From positions 1,152,001-1,216,000 of the forward strand of contig OY759316.1 of the NCBI GenBank assembly GCA_963662275.1: DNA of 64,000 bases. Direction: 5' to 3'. The position numbers and the translations under genes were made by a program. The notes under the pieces were generated by a model that worked only from the letters and a program-made list of their open reading frames with translations, did no database searches and was not told where the DNA came from. Below, one piece after another: positions 10,341-19,530 of this stretch. How positions within the stretch are numbered: the stretch's first letter is position 1; every line of letters begins with the position of its first letter. Source of the DNA: Candidatus Cloacimonadales bacterium (GTDB lineage: Bacteria; Cloacimonadota; Cloacimonadia; Cloacimonadales; DAONDQ01).

Positions 10341-10353
10341 ACTCGAGGTCATA

Positions 10354-11415
10354 ATGAAGAAGAATATCAAGAAGAACGAAGGGATAGGTTTTTTTGAAAA
10401 GTATTTAACGCTTTGGGTTATCCTATGTATGGCTGCGGGAGTACTAATTGGCAGATTCCTTCCGGGGATTCCCGCTTTCCTGGGACAGTTTGAATATGCC
10501 AAAGTATCTATTCCAATTGCCATCCTGATTTGGCTGATGATCTATCCTATGATGATGAAAGTGGACTTTGCCAGTATCAAAAATGTTGGAAAGAACCCCA
10601 AGGGATTGTATGTGACCTGGGTAACCAATTGGCTGATCAAGCCATTCACGATGTATGCCATTGCCTGGTTTTTCTTCTTTATCGTGTTTAAATCACTCAT
10701 ACCTGCCAATCTTGCGAAGGATTACCTGGCAGGAGCAATCTTACTCGGGGCAGCACCATGTACAGCGATGGTCTTTGTCTGGAGTCATTTGACAAAAGGT
10801 GATCCGGCTTATACAGTTGTACAGGTTGCAACCAATGATTTGATCATCCTGGTTGCTTTTACACCAATCGTAGCATTTTTGCTTGGTGTCAGTGGCATTA
10901 CCATTCCCTGGAATACATTGTTACTTTCTGTATTACTGTTTGTCGTTATTCCTCTTGCCGGTGGTATAATAACACGTATGATTGTTATCAAACGCAATGG
11001 TGAGGAATACTTCAATAAGAGCTTTATTACCAAATTCAATCATGTTACTGTTGGTGGGCTGCTATTGACACTGATCATCATATTTGCATTCCAGGGTGAT
11101 ATCATTCTTCATAATCCGCTGCATATTCTCCTGATCGCAGTGCCATTAACCATTCAAACCTTCCTAATCTTCTTCATAGCCTATCTGGCAAGCAGGAAAC
11201 TGAAACTTGCATACAGCATTGCAGCACCAGCAGGTATGATCGGCGCATCCAATTTCTTTGAATTATCTGTGGCAGTGGCAATTTCCCTGTTTGGACCCAC
11301 TTCTCCTGTTGCTCTGGCGACAATAGTGGGTGTTTTGGTGGAAGTACCTGTCATGCTAACGCTTGTAAAGATAGCGAATAGCACTCAACATTGGTTTCCT
11401 GCACTAAAACAGTAG
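10354..11415 (+). CDS. acr3: ACR3 family arsenite efflux transporter
   Basis: FFEKYLTLWV, GAAPCTAMVFVWS, SNFFELSVAVA, GVLVEVPVML. Confidence 0.95.
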   Translation: MKKNIKKNEGIGFFEKYLTLWVILCMAAGVLIGRFLPGIPAFLGQFEYAKVSIPIAILIWLMIYPMMMKVDFASIKNVGKNPKGLYVTWVTNWLIKPFTMYAIAWFFFFIVFKSLIPANLAKDYLAGAILLGAAPCTAMVFVWSHLTKGDPAYTVVQVATNDLIILVAFTPIVAFLLGVSGITIPWNTLLLSVLLFVVIPLAGGIITRMIVIKRNGEEYFNKSFITKFNHVTVGGLLLTLIIIFAFQGDIILHNPLHILLIAVPLTIQTFLIFFIAYLASRKLKLAYSIAAPAGMIGASNFFELSVAVAISLFGPTSPVALATIVGVLVEVPVMLTLVKIANSTQHWFPALKQ

Positions 11416-11615
11416 ATGAATCATGGTGAATGTGATTGAAGTTCTTATCAGAGAAAGGATACATTTTGGTGGCATCACATATCGGTGGAGTACTTGATTG
11501 GGAGAGTGATGGTATGCCTATTTGCATTAATACGGATAATGAATTGGTAGGAGGTTGTGCCTGCCAGTTAAGACCAAGAAAATCCTGGAAAACATAATAA
11601 ACTTATACATTAACA

Positions 11616-13476
11616 GAGACTGTTCATGAAGTTATTCATAATATTCAATAAGTTAGAAAGTAGCAAGTTGAAAAAAGTGGTCGAAACGGTCATAATTTAA
11701 CATACCTTCCAGAATTGACAGATAAGCTCTGCTAAGGACACCAAATCACAAGTTAAGCTTTTTGACTAAAATTGAAAAACACGCGATTATAAGTAATGTT
11801 TCGAAGCCGTTTCTGACTAAATGTGTAGTTAAAATCATATAAAATAGTTCTTTACAAGTTTTTTGCTATAGCTTCAATGGCATTTGTTACCTGGTAACAA
11901 AAGGGAGGATATTATGACAAAAAAACACTCCAATTCAAGAAGCGGTAAGTGTTAGTCATGAAAGTAACCAATACCATGTAAGTATTAACGTACCATTTTC
12001 ATTCACTTTGCCTGAGACAACATCAAACCACAAGTTCTTAATAGCGTTTCTACGCTTATTAGTAGGAATAGGCGGAGACAACCTCCTTACACTTCAGCAA
12101 ATAGCTGATCTGTTTAACTACGCAGACCGCAGGAATGTACATAATTTCTGGCAAGAGTTTGAGCAGCATGGTCATGATATCCTGGCATATTTAAGCCGGA
12201 AAGTTGACCTGCTGGAGTGTATTCCTCAGATCGAGAATTTTGTTATCAATAACCTGCTTTTACCTTTAAATGTCATGTATCAGGAGTTCATCAGCCATCA
12301 TGATTTTAAAATGTCCTATACCACTTTCTGCAAATATGCTTCTCAGGTCAATTCTCTGTCTGTAGTTAAGCAAGCTCAGAAGCTTCTTCTGAAAAAGACA
12401 GTAGGCGGTGATGCTGTACATCTGCTGAAACTGCTTGCCGGTCAGCAGAATACACCTGTTATCTGTGACAGACTCCTGGAACAAATGAAGACTGCTAAAG
12501 GCAATACATCCCATAGAACCGCCGATGCAAAGCCGTTCCATAGTCTGGAACGCAAGAACCTGTGTCTGCTGGTACATTACCTGGTTGGAAGCGGTATGAA
12601 CTTCGAGACGATAGCTTTGCTGCTCAACACCTGTAAAGCTACAGTCTCAAATCTCTGGCATGAAATCGCTGACCTGCAGAGCCTGATTCTGAACTCAATC
12701 GGTAAGTGGAGCGGAAAGATCAGCATTGATGAGAAATATGTGAAGATCAAAGGTATTCCGTACTATGTCATCAGTATTGTTGATTTTGTGACTCACATCC
12801 CTCTGTTTTGTGAGTTGTATCCTGACACAAAGAAAGAATCATTCGAAGCATGTTTCAGAACCTTCAGACAGCTCTACAGGAAAGATCCAACCCTGATTGT
12901 CAGTGATGGCAGTAAATCGTTAGCAGTTGCAAGAAAAACAGTGTTTCCAAAAGTCCATTACCAACTCTGTAAGTTCCATAAGATACGAAATCTCTTCAAA
13001 AGAATCAGTCAATGTCATCTCCCTGAAGACAGGGACAAGTTCTTTAAGAAGAGGATTATGAAAGCTTTCCGAAGAGAAACGGCGGGCGGAAGGAAAAAGG
13101 GTATCGCAAGCCTGACAGCTATTACTCCCCCAACCGCCGCCGAATACATCAAAAGCAATATCATTAGTGATTGGAGACACCTCAGCAAAGGTTTGACTTC
13201 CAATGTCTCTGAACGCTGGAACCGCAAAATCAAGAAGGTGACATCCGGTAGATTTGGACTAAAATCTGAAGAAACCACCCGCAACCTTGTGTTTTCGCTT
13301 TGGTTCAAAGAACTGGTCGATAAAGGTCAACCAATCATGCGTCAGGAATCACTTTTAGCAAGTTTAAATATCTCCCGCATATGTCAAGAAAATGTGGATT
13401 GGTCGCACTTAGACCACTTTTTCTCTGTCACTACCAATAAGGCTGCGTAAAATGGAGGTTAATTTTGAACAGTCTC
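11616..13476 (+). mobile_element. Insertion sequence, 1861 bp, DDE type (IS6/ISH6-like, family uncertain)
   Basis: 11-bp terminal inverted repeats GAGACTGTTCA (11616-11626) and TGAACAGTCTC (13466-13476); 8-bp direct repeat CATTAACA at 11608-11615 and 13477-13484. Confidence 0.9.
12008..13450 (+). CDS. DDE transposase; the true start is probably 11914 across a frameshift
   Basis: ISIDEKYVKIKG, IVSDG, YQLCKFH, TSNVSERWN. Confidence 0.85.
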   Translation: MPETTSNHKFLIAFLRLLVGIGGDNLLTLQQIADLFNYADRRNVHNFWQEFEQHGHDILAYLSRKVDLLECIPQIENFVINNLLLPLNVMYQEFISHHDFKMSYTTFCKYASQVNSLSVVKQAQKLLLKKTVGGDAVHLLKLLAGQQNTPVICDRLLEQMKTAKGNTSHRTADAKPFHSLERKNLCLLVHYLVGSGMNFETIALLLNTCKATVSNLWHEIADLQSLILNSIGKWSGKISIDEKYVKIKGIPYYVISIVDFVTHIPLFCELYPDTKKESFEACFRTFRQLYRKDPTLIVSDGSKSLAVARKTVFPKVHYQLCKFHKIRNLFKRISQCHLPEDRDKFFKKRIMKAFRRETAGGRKKGIASLTAITPPTAAEYIKSNIISDWRHLSKGLTSNVSERWNRKIKKVTSGRFGLKSEETTRNLVFSLWFKELVDKGQPIMRQESLLASLNISRICQENVDWSHLDHFFSVTTNKAA

Positions 13477-13572
13477 CATTAACATCTTTCTATTGTTTTC
13501 AGATTATCCTTGACATGATATTTTATCTTTTAGTTATTAACAATTCAAAATAATCAAGGAAAAGGATGTCTT

Positions 13573-15102
13573 ATGCTGAATATATCAATTGCTCCTGATG
13601 GAACCGAATATCCTTTGCCAGTTGCAGAGGATAGCGAGAAAGAAAAAGCGATTCTACTTAAAATAACGGATGAACAAAGAAAGCTTGGTCGAAAGATTGT
13701 AGCGGTTCAAGGATTGGGTTTCGTTGGCTGTGTCATGGCTACAGTTGTTGCAGATGCAACCGATGCCAATGGAAAACCTATCTATTATGTTCATGGTCAT
13801 CAAAGAGCCTCAAAGCGTTCCTATTGGAAAGTTCCCATGATAAATACAGGTATTCCACCTGTGAGTTCCTCAGATCCTGAAGTACCTGAAATCTTCCATC
13901 GCTGCGTGAATGAAAAGAAGAATTTTCGTGCCACTTGGGAAGATTCAGTATATGAAATGGCAGATGTTGTTGTTGTAGATATTCAACTTGATGCCACGAA
14001 ACCTGCATTTGGCGAAGCTGAGAAAGGCTATTGCGATCTTTCTGCATTCCGGGAAGGAATCCGTATGCTGGGAAGATATATTAAACCTGAATGCCTGATT
14101 CTTGTGGAAACAACTGTACCACCAGGAACTTGTGAGAAAGTTGTCAAACCTATCATAGAAGAAGAATTTAAGAAACGCGGGATTACCCAGCCTGCATTAA
14201 TTGCACATTCCTATGAACGTGTCATGCCAGGTGCAAAGTATGTTGCTTCTATCCGTGATTTCTGGCGTGTGTATTCAGGTGTAAACCAGAAAAGCATCGA
14301 TATGTGCCGTGCTTTCCTAACCGATGTTCTTGATACAAAGAATTTCCCTTTGACTGAATTGGATAACACAAATGCTTCAGAAATGTCTAAAGTGATGGAA
14401 AACTCTTACCGTGCAACCAACATTGCCCTGACCTTGGAATGGGCTAAATTTGCAGAGCAGATTGGTGTCGATTTGTTCAAAGTCCGTGATGCCATTCGTA
14501 AACGTAAAGGCACACATGACAACCTTCTTCGTCCAAGCCTTGGTGTGGGTGGATATTGTCTTACTAAAGACCCGGTTCTTGCTAATTGGGCGATGGGTGC
14601 CTTATTCAATTTGGAAGGTAAGCTTGATGTTGCTATTCGTTCGGTGAATATCAACGATACAATGCCTTTACATACGATTGAACTGATCAAACCTGAATTT
14701 GCAGGTCTGAAGGATGTGAAGATCGCTGTACTTGGTGTTTCCTATTTGGAAAACTTAGGTGATACTCGTCATTCACCTTCTAAGACACTAGTGGAATTTT
14801 TGAATAAGGAAAATGCCCTTGTTAGATGTCATGATCCTTATGTCGAATCCTGGGCTGAGATGGAAGAAGTGAGAGTCTATCGAGATATCGATGATGTACT
14901 TCCGGAAGCAGATGTAGTCGTTTTTGCAGTTGGGCACGATGAATATAGGAAAATATTACCTCGTGAACTCATTGAAATATGTGGAACGAGACCTCTGATC
15001 ATTGATTGCTCGAATTTACTTGATGATGATACAATTAAAAAGTATATTGCTCTTGGCTGCAAGGTCAAAGGTGTTGGAAAAGGACATATCAGTCGCTTAT
15101 AG
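13573..15102 (+). CDS. Nucleotide-sugar dehydrogenase (UDP-glucose/GDP-mannose dehydrogenase family)
   Basis: GLGFVG, ETTVPPGT, KVMENSYR, GVGGYCLTKDP, DTRHSP. Confidence 0.9.
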   Translation: MLNISIAPDGTEYPLPVAEDSEKEKAILLKITDEQRKLGRKIVAVQGLGFVGCVMATVVADATDANGKPIYYVHGHQRASKRSYWKVPMINTGIPPVSSSDPEVPEIFHRCVNEKKNFRATWEDSVYEMADVVVVDIQLDATKPAFGEAEKGYCDLSAFREGIRMLGRYIKPECLILVETTVPPGTCEKVVKPIIEEEFKKRGITQPALIAHSYERVMPGAKYVASIRDFWRVYSGVNQKSIDMCRAFLTDVLDTKNFPLTELDNTNASEMSKVMENSYRATNIALTLEWAKFAEQIGVDLFKVRDAIRKRKGTHDNLLRPSLGVGGYCLTKDPVLANWAMGALFNLEGKLDVAIRSVNINDTMPLHTIELIKPEFAGLKDVKIAVLGVSYLENLGDTRHSPSKTLVEFLNKENALVRCHDPYVESWAEMEEVRVYRDIDDVLPEADVVVFAVGHDEYRKILPRELIEICGTRPLIIDCSNLLDDDTIKKYIALGCKVKGVGKGHISRL

Positions 15103-15202
15103 GTGTTAGGTTCTAGGTTCTAGGTGTAAGGGGCAGAGAAGATTTTTTCCACCAAATACCGGAATACTATACTGAATATTAATATTGATTATTACTAAAG
15201 AT

Positions 15203-15229
15203 AAGCCCCGATAACGATCGGGGCTTTTT
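15203..15229 (+). terminator. Intrinsic terminator
   Basis: aagccccgat-aacg-atcggggctt followed by Ts. Confidence 0.7.
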
Positions 15230-15324
15230 CCATTGAAGAGTTAATTTCTGAACAAATTCTAAAAATACACATCCGAAGAATGAATACAGCTTGATTTCAT
15301 GAAAATGGATATTCTCAATCTGGA

Positions 15325-15389
15325 CTAGCACCTAGCACCTAGCACCTAACACCTAACACCTAGCACCTAGCACCTAGAACCTAAGACCT
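15325..15389. repeat. Heptamer tandem repeat (cctagca/cctaaca)
   Basis: About nine units; inverted counterpart at 15100-15130. Confidence 0.85.
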
Positions 15390-15428
15390 TCTGCTTGACA
15401 AAAACCTCATCATCACTGAAAAGGAATT

Positions 15429-15568
15429 CACGCCGAGTGGCAGGTTCTAAACTACATAGCATGAACTGTCACCGATAGGGTATAACGGGAAACGGTTATA
15501 CCTCCCTTTGGAAAGGCGGGACAGAAATAACAGGACTGTCTTGCCTCCACGCATAAACATGGAGGTAA
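15429..15568 (+). ncRNA. Moco/Tuco-type riboswitch (P3-less) with translational expression platform
   Basis: P1 cgcc/ggcg; P2 gtggcag/ctgtcac with a ctaa..atg receptor-like segment; P4 ggtataac/gttatacc capped by GAAA; cctccctttggaaagg 3' motif as in the E. coli moaA leader; anti-SD ttgcctcca/tggaggtaa; TTGACA at 15395. Confidence 0.8.
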
Positions 15569-15569
15569 C

Positions 15570-16403
15570 ATGAAAAAGCTACTATTACTAACTCTCACAA
15601 TTGCAATGCTCTTTGTGCTTTTCGGATGCAGCGAAAAGGATAAGAGTCCCACGAAGGTTTATGGCTATAAACTGGATCAGTTCATTTCAAAAACAGCAGT
15701 ATTTGATTCTACTACTCATTCAACTTCTATGGCTGATTCAGTCGAAATTCGTAATCTTTACGCTTATGAAATTGTCAGTGCTGATTCTGATCACTGGAGT
15801 CCTCGTACTGCTACTTCTACAGCAGGATATGATTTATCTTGGAACCAGTTTAAGAATGGATTCTATATGCCCTCAGATGCTAATCTGATATCGTGGTTTC
15901 CGAATACTACTCTCCCTGGAGCTTTTAAAGTTAAACGTGTCGGTTTCTTCAGATTATATCGAAAAATAGATGTAACTGCTTCTGACGGTTCAACAAAGAT
16001 GGTCGAATTGAAGAGTTTACCTTTGTTTCCCATCGATAATTGGAATCATGTACAGGAAAATGCGATTAAATTAAGTGATTTAGTACAGGGAATTGCAGCT
16101 TATGATTCACTGAAAATGGTGGGAGTAGATGGTTTTTCACGTACATATAGTTCTGCACAAATTGCGGATGGTTACTACTTGTTAGATTCAGAAGTAACTA
16201 CTTTCCCATTACTTAATGGAACTACACTCACTCCTGGAATATGGAAAGTAAAGAATCTGGCTTATATAGATGTTATAGGTGTCTCTTCACCTCAATCCTT
16301 TACATTCATCAATGCTCTTGAAGAAACAGCAGATATGATCTTTCTGATGCCTTCGAGCATGAATAGTTATACAACAACAGATGTTACCGGACTATCGAAG
16401 TAG
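15570..16403 (+). CDS. Lipoprotein with a degenerate molybdopterin-binding-like C-terminal domain
   Basis: Lipobox LFGC; IKLSDLV...VGVDGF...WKVKNLAYI. Confidence 0.7.
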   Translation: MKKLLLLTLTIAMLFVLFGCSEKDKSPTKVYGYKLDQFISKTAVFDSTTHSTSMADSVEIRNLYAYEIVSADSDHWSPRTATSTAGYDLSWNQFKNGFYMPSDANLISWFPNTTLPGAFKVKRVGFFRLYRKIDVTASDGSTKMVELKSLPLFPIDNWNHVQENAIKLSDLVQGIAAYDSLKMVGVDGFSRTYSSAQIADGYYLLDSEVTTFPLLNGTTLTPGIWKVKNLAYIDVIGVSSPQSFTFINALEETADMIFLMPSSMNSYTTTDVTGLSK

Positions 16404-16413
16404 TAAATCACTC

Positions 16414-16968
16414 ATGTGGGATAAATTCTTTCGCAGGTTCAGTACACATGATCTGCTTTTAATATCGTTATTCAGCGCTTTGGGATTGGCGATTAAACCA
16501 ATCGTCACTCCCTTGGTGCACTTGATCTCCATGCCGCTAATGATTCCAGGCGGTTCTCTTGCTGGCGGGTTTTATATGATGTGGCTGGCTATGGCAGTTG
16601 CTTTAATACCGAAATTTGGAACAGGGTTTCTTGTTGGAATCGTTCAAGCCCTTTCAATTCTGGTCTTAGGTATTACCGGAAGTCATGGGATAGTATCGAT
16701 CATCAGTTATTCTCTCCCAGGTTTATTGATAGACATTTGTGCTCTTATGATTAAACATAGAGCCTGTTTATGGGCACAAATTCTATTCGTGATCATCGCT
16801 AATGTAACAGGTACGATCATGGTGACGCTACTAATCATGCGATTATCAATCATACCGGCTATGATTGCTCTAACCAGTGCTGCTATATCCGGGTGTCTTG
16901 GTGGTTTGCTTTCTTTTTGGTTGATTAAAAAAATGATTGCATATCATTTAGTTACTATTGAGGATTGA
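16414..16968 (+). CDS. ECF transporter S component
   Basis: About 185 aa, six TMs, DLLLISLFSALG start and PKFGTG; ECF A and T genes nearby. Confidence 0.8.
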   Translation: MWDKFFRRFSTHDLLLISLFSALGLAIKPIVTPLVHLISMPLMIPGGSLAGGFYMMWLAMAVALIPKFGTGFLVGIVQALSILVLGITGSHGIVSIISYSLPGLLIDICALMIKHRACLWAQILFVIIANVTGTIMVTLLIMRLSIIPAMIALTSAAISGCLGGLLSFWLIKKMIAYHLVTIED

Positions 16969-16971
16969 ACT

Positions 16972-17940
16972 ATGCGTAATGTTGTTTTAAGTTTGATAAT
17001 AATACTTGCAATGTGTCTGCCATCCATTCTAATTGGCTGGGTAGTAACCAATTCAGATGGAGGTACGAAAGTGTTTACAAATGACAGCTTTTCTAAGCTG
17101 CCTATGATTGAAGTAAAGACAGAACGGGATAAGAAGGGACAGCATCTTTCTGATCAATGGAAAGGATTTCTTCTTCAGGATTGGCTGGAGAAGAATGGTT
17201 ATACTGATTTCGGTGAGATTATTTTGGAATCTTCAGATCATTACCAGGTTCGATTATCTAAAGATGATTTGGTCAAACAGGAAGCATTGATAGCGATATT
17301 CCAAAATAATCAGCCACTTGAGCAAAAGGATATACGCCTCATACTTCCCGCTATGCGAGATATGTACTGGATTACGAACATTTCAAAGATTACACTTCAG
17401 GATAAAGATCAAGCCAACATTCCCAGTTGCATATATTGGGCAGAACCGATTATTCATGCCAAACAGCTAAGAACTGATATCGTACCATTCAAGGATATGA
17501 AGGGTTATGCTTTTACGGATTTACTTGAACCCAATATTCCCTTCCCTGATGGCGATGTCTTAGTGATGGGCAAAGATGGAGTCAGGCATCTATTGGATTA
17601 TCGCAAATTCTTAAAAAAGGCAGTACTGGAAAAGACAGAAAGCGAAGGTTATTGGCTCAAAAGTCCGGATATGCCAGCAGGAATGTGGATTAAGAACATC
17701 GCTTATGTTCAATTCAGTAAAACAGGTATACTTTTCAAAGAGGCTTTTCAGAAGAAATCATTACAGGATTTAGCTGATATGCTTCTCTGGAAGAATGTGA
17801 CTGCCTTCATACCTATTGAAAAAGATACACCGGCTAATGAGATCAAGTCATGGGAAAACAAGGAATTAAAATTACAAATGATAAACTTGTCGAACGCTCT
17901 AATTACTCATTATCCATCGATTCAACTGAAGGTCAAATGA
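16972..17940 (+). CDS. Exported protein with two oxidoreductase-molybdopterin-binding-like repeats
   Basis: WKGFLLQDWL..SSDHY..RLILP..YWITNISKI and KGYAFTDLL..GKDG..MWIKNIAYV. Confidence 0.7.
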   Translation: MRNVVLSLIIILAMCLPSILIGWVVTNSDGGTKVFTNDSFSKLPMIEVKTERDKKGQHLSDQWKGFLLQDWLEKNGYTDFGEIILESSDHYQVRLSKDDLVKQEALIAIFQNNQPLEQKDIRLILPAMRDMYWITNISKITLQDKDQANIPSCIYWAEPIIHAKQLRTDIVPFKDMKGYAFTDLLEPNIPFPDGDVLVMGKDGVRHLLDYRKFLKKAVLEKTESEGYWLKSPDMPAGMWIKNIAYVQFSKTGILFKEAFQKKSLQDLADMLLWKNVTAFIPIEKDTPANEIKSWENKELKLQMINLSNALITHYPSIQLKVK

Positions 17941-18398
17941 AGAAATTAGTTGTGATTATTCTTATTACTTTCGCATTGCTCTTGTTGTGGTCGAAACCAT
18001 TGCCTTTGTATATAGATGGTTCTCAGAATCCTATGATCATTCATAATACGAATCTTGGTGACTTTGTTCAGACTCAAATACCTTTCGTGAAAGCTGCTCT
18101 TATCGTAGGTTCTGATTCAATAGCTGTTGGAGTAACTGCAGATGAATTCGGAATGATAAGTTTAAAGTATGAAAATAATGAGTGGTTTGTAGAAAACGAT
18201 TCCCTGCCTTCACCAGCCAATATCAGGGACATTTCTAAAATCTATTTGTATAATCCATTTGCTTCAGTTACATCATCCAGTGATTCAAATCGTTTTCAAT
18301 TCACGGACATAAGGAATAATGCAGATTTTCTCGGACAGGCAGAAAAGAATGGTTATATTATCTGGAAATATCGTATTCATCAAGGAGTTAATAAATGA
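17937..18398 (+). CDS. Exported hypothetical protein, weakly similar to the same domain
   Basis: ATGA overlap with the upstream gene; signal peptide; LIVGSD...NIRDISKIYL. Confidence 0.6.
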   Translation: MKKLVVIILITFALLLLWSKPLPLYIDGSQNPMIIHNTNLGDFVQTQIPFVKAALIVGSDSIAVGVTADEFGMISLKYENNEWFVENDSLPSPANIRDISKIYLYNPFASVTSSSDSNRFQFTDIRNNADFLGQAEKNGYIIWKYRIHQGVNK

Positions 18399-18835
18399 AA
18401 CCAATTCCCATATTACTTATCGGCCTTGTATTAATCCTGACAGCATTAGAGCTATGTTCCAAACAAATCATACCAAGTACAGGAATTATTCAAATCGTCA
18501 CCGAAAAGAAAACATACAATATAGCTGATCATATCTTTCAAAGACAAATGACCCAAAAAGTCAAAGCTAAACGAGGTTCGGTATGGCATGGAGTGTATCT
18601 TGCCAAATTCTTTACGGAGAATGGATTCGATGTTAAAAAATATCAGCAATGCACTTTGGTGGCAAAAGATGGAATGCGGATCACGATTCCGATGGATGAA
18701 ATTACCGATAACCAGGCATTTATTACTTTTGTGAAAGATAAGAAAAGCGGTAAGTATGATTTGAAACTTATCATGCTGCAGGACTCTTTTGAGCAGCGTT
18801 GGCTGAAATATATTGTTCAAATCATACTGGAATAA
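18395..18835 (+). CDS. Exported molybdopterin-binding-like domain protein
   Basis: WHGVYLAKFF..LVAKDG..LKLIM..RWLKYIVQI. Confidence 0.7.
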   Translation: MKPIPILLIGLVLILTALELCSKQIIPSTGIIQIVTEKKTYNIADHIFQRQMTQKVKAKRGSVWHGVYLAKFFTENGFDVKKYQQCTLVAKDGMRITIPMDEITDNQAFITFVKDKKSGKYDLKLIMLQDSFEQRWLKYIVQIILE

Positions 18836-19530
18836 GAGTGTCATCATCTTCTTCACTTGAACTGATTGATTTATCTTTCCAATATCACAAAGAATATGAC
18901 TGGTTATTCAGAAATCTGACATTTCAATTTGAAAAGGGCAGCATTACTGCAATAACCGGTCCCAATGGCAGTGGTAAAACAACGTTACTTTATACAATCT
19001 GCGGAATCATTCCGCTGTTGTTTAAAGGAAATCTGCAAGGTCAGGTGAATTACTCTGATAAGGACATTTCCAAATATTCTTTACCCCAACTTTCGAAATG
19101 GATGAATATACTGCTGCAAGACCCAAATTATCAATTAGTGTTTCCAATTGTTGAACAGGAAATTGCATTTGGAGCTGAGAACTTGTGTTTACCTGTTTCT
19201 CAAATCGAGAAAAGAATTTGTAGAAACCTCAATCTCCTGGGAATCGAGGATTTACGCTTTGCCCACACCGCTGAATTATCCTATGGTCAAAAAAAGATGG
19301 TTTCGCTTGCATCCTTATTAGTAATGGAAAGCCAGATTCTGATCCTGGATGAACCTTCAGCCGGATTGGATGAATATGCATGTGAACTGCTAAAGACTCT
19401 GCTGCTGAATTTATCCGCTGAGGGAAGAATCATTATCTTTGCAGATCATAATTCCGAATTAGTGCAAATTGCTCATCACCGGATTACTATGCCGTATTTT
19501 TTGAACAAGGTCGATACTGATGATCTATAA
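18799..19530 (+). CDS. ECF transporter ATPase (EcfA/CbiO-like); start uncertain
   Basis: GPNGSGKT, QDP..VEQEIAFGAEN, LSYGQ, LDEP. Confidence 0.9.
   Translation: MAEIYCSNHTGIRVSSSSSLELIDLSFQYHKEYDWLFRNLTFQFEKGSITAITGPNGSGKTTLLYTICGIIPLLFKGNLQGQVNYSDKDISKYSLPQLSKWMNILLQDPNYQLVFPIVEQEIAFGAENLCLPVSQIEKRICRNLNLLGIEDLRFAHTAELSYGQKKMVSLASLLVMESQILILDEPSAGLDEYACELLKTLLLNLSAEGRIIIFADHNSELVQIAHHRITMPYFLNKVDTDDL

Noticed and set aside
11440..11597. Short open frame after acr3 (..GYILVASHIGG..GGCACQL..)
   Set aside because: No clear start or recognisable family; may be a remnant but cannot be supported
15429..15568. Cobalamin or TPP riboswitch, as expected ahead of a TonB/ECF operon
   Set aside because: No B12-box or TPP CUGAGA motif; the stems and cctccc.ttggaaagg fit the Moco motif
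15452..15652. 66-aa minus-strand ORF
   Set aside because: Antisense to the riboswitch and lipoprotein start
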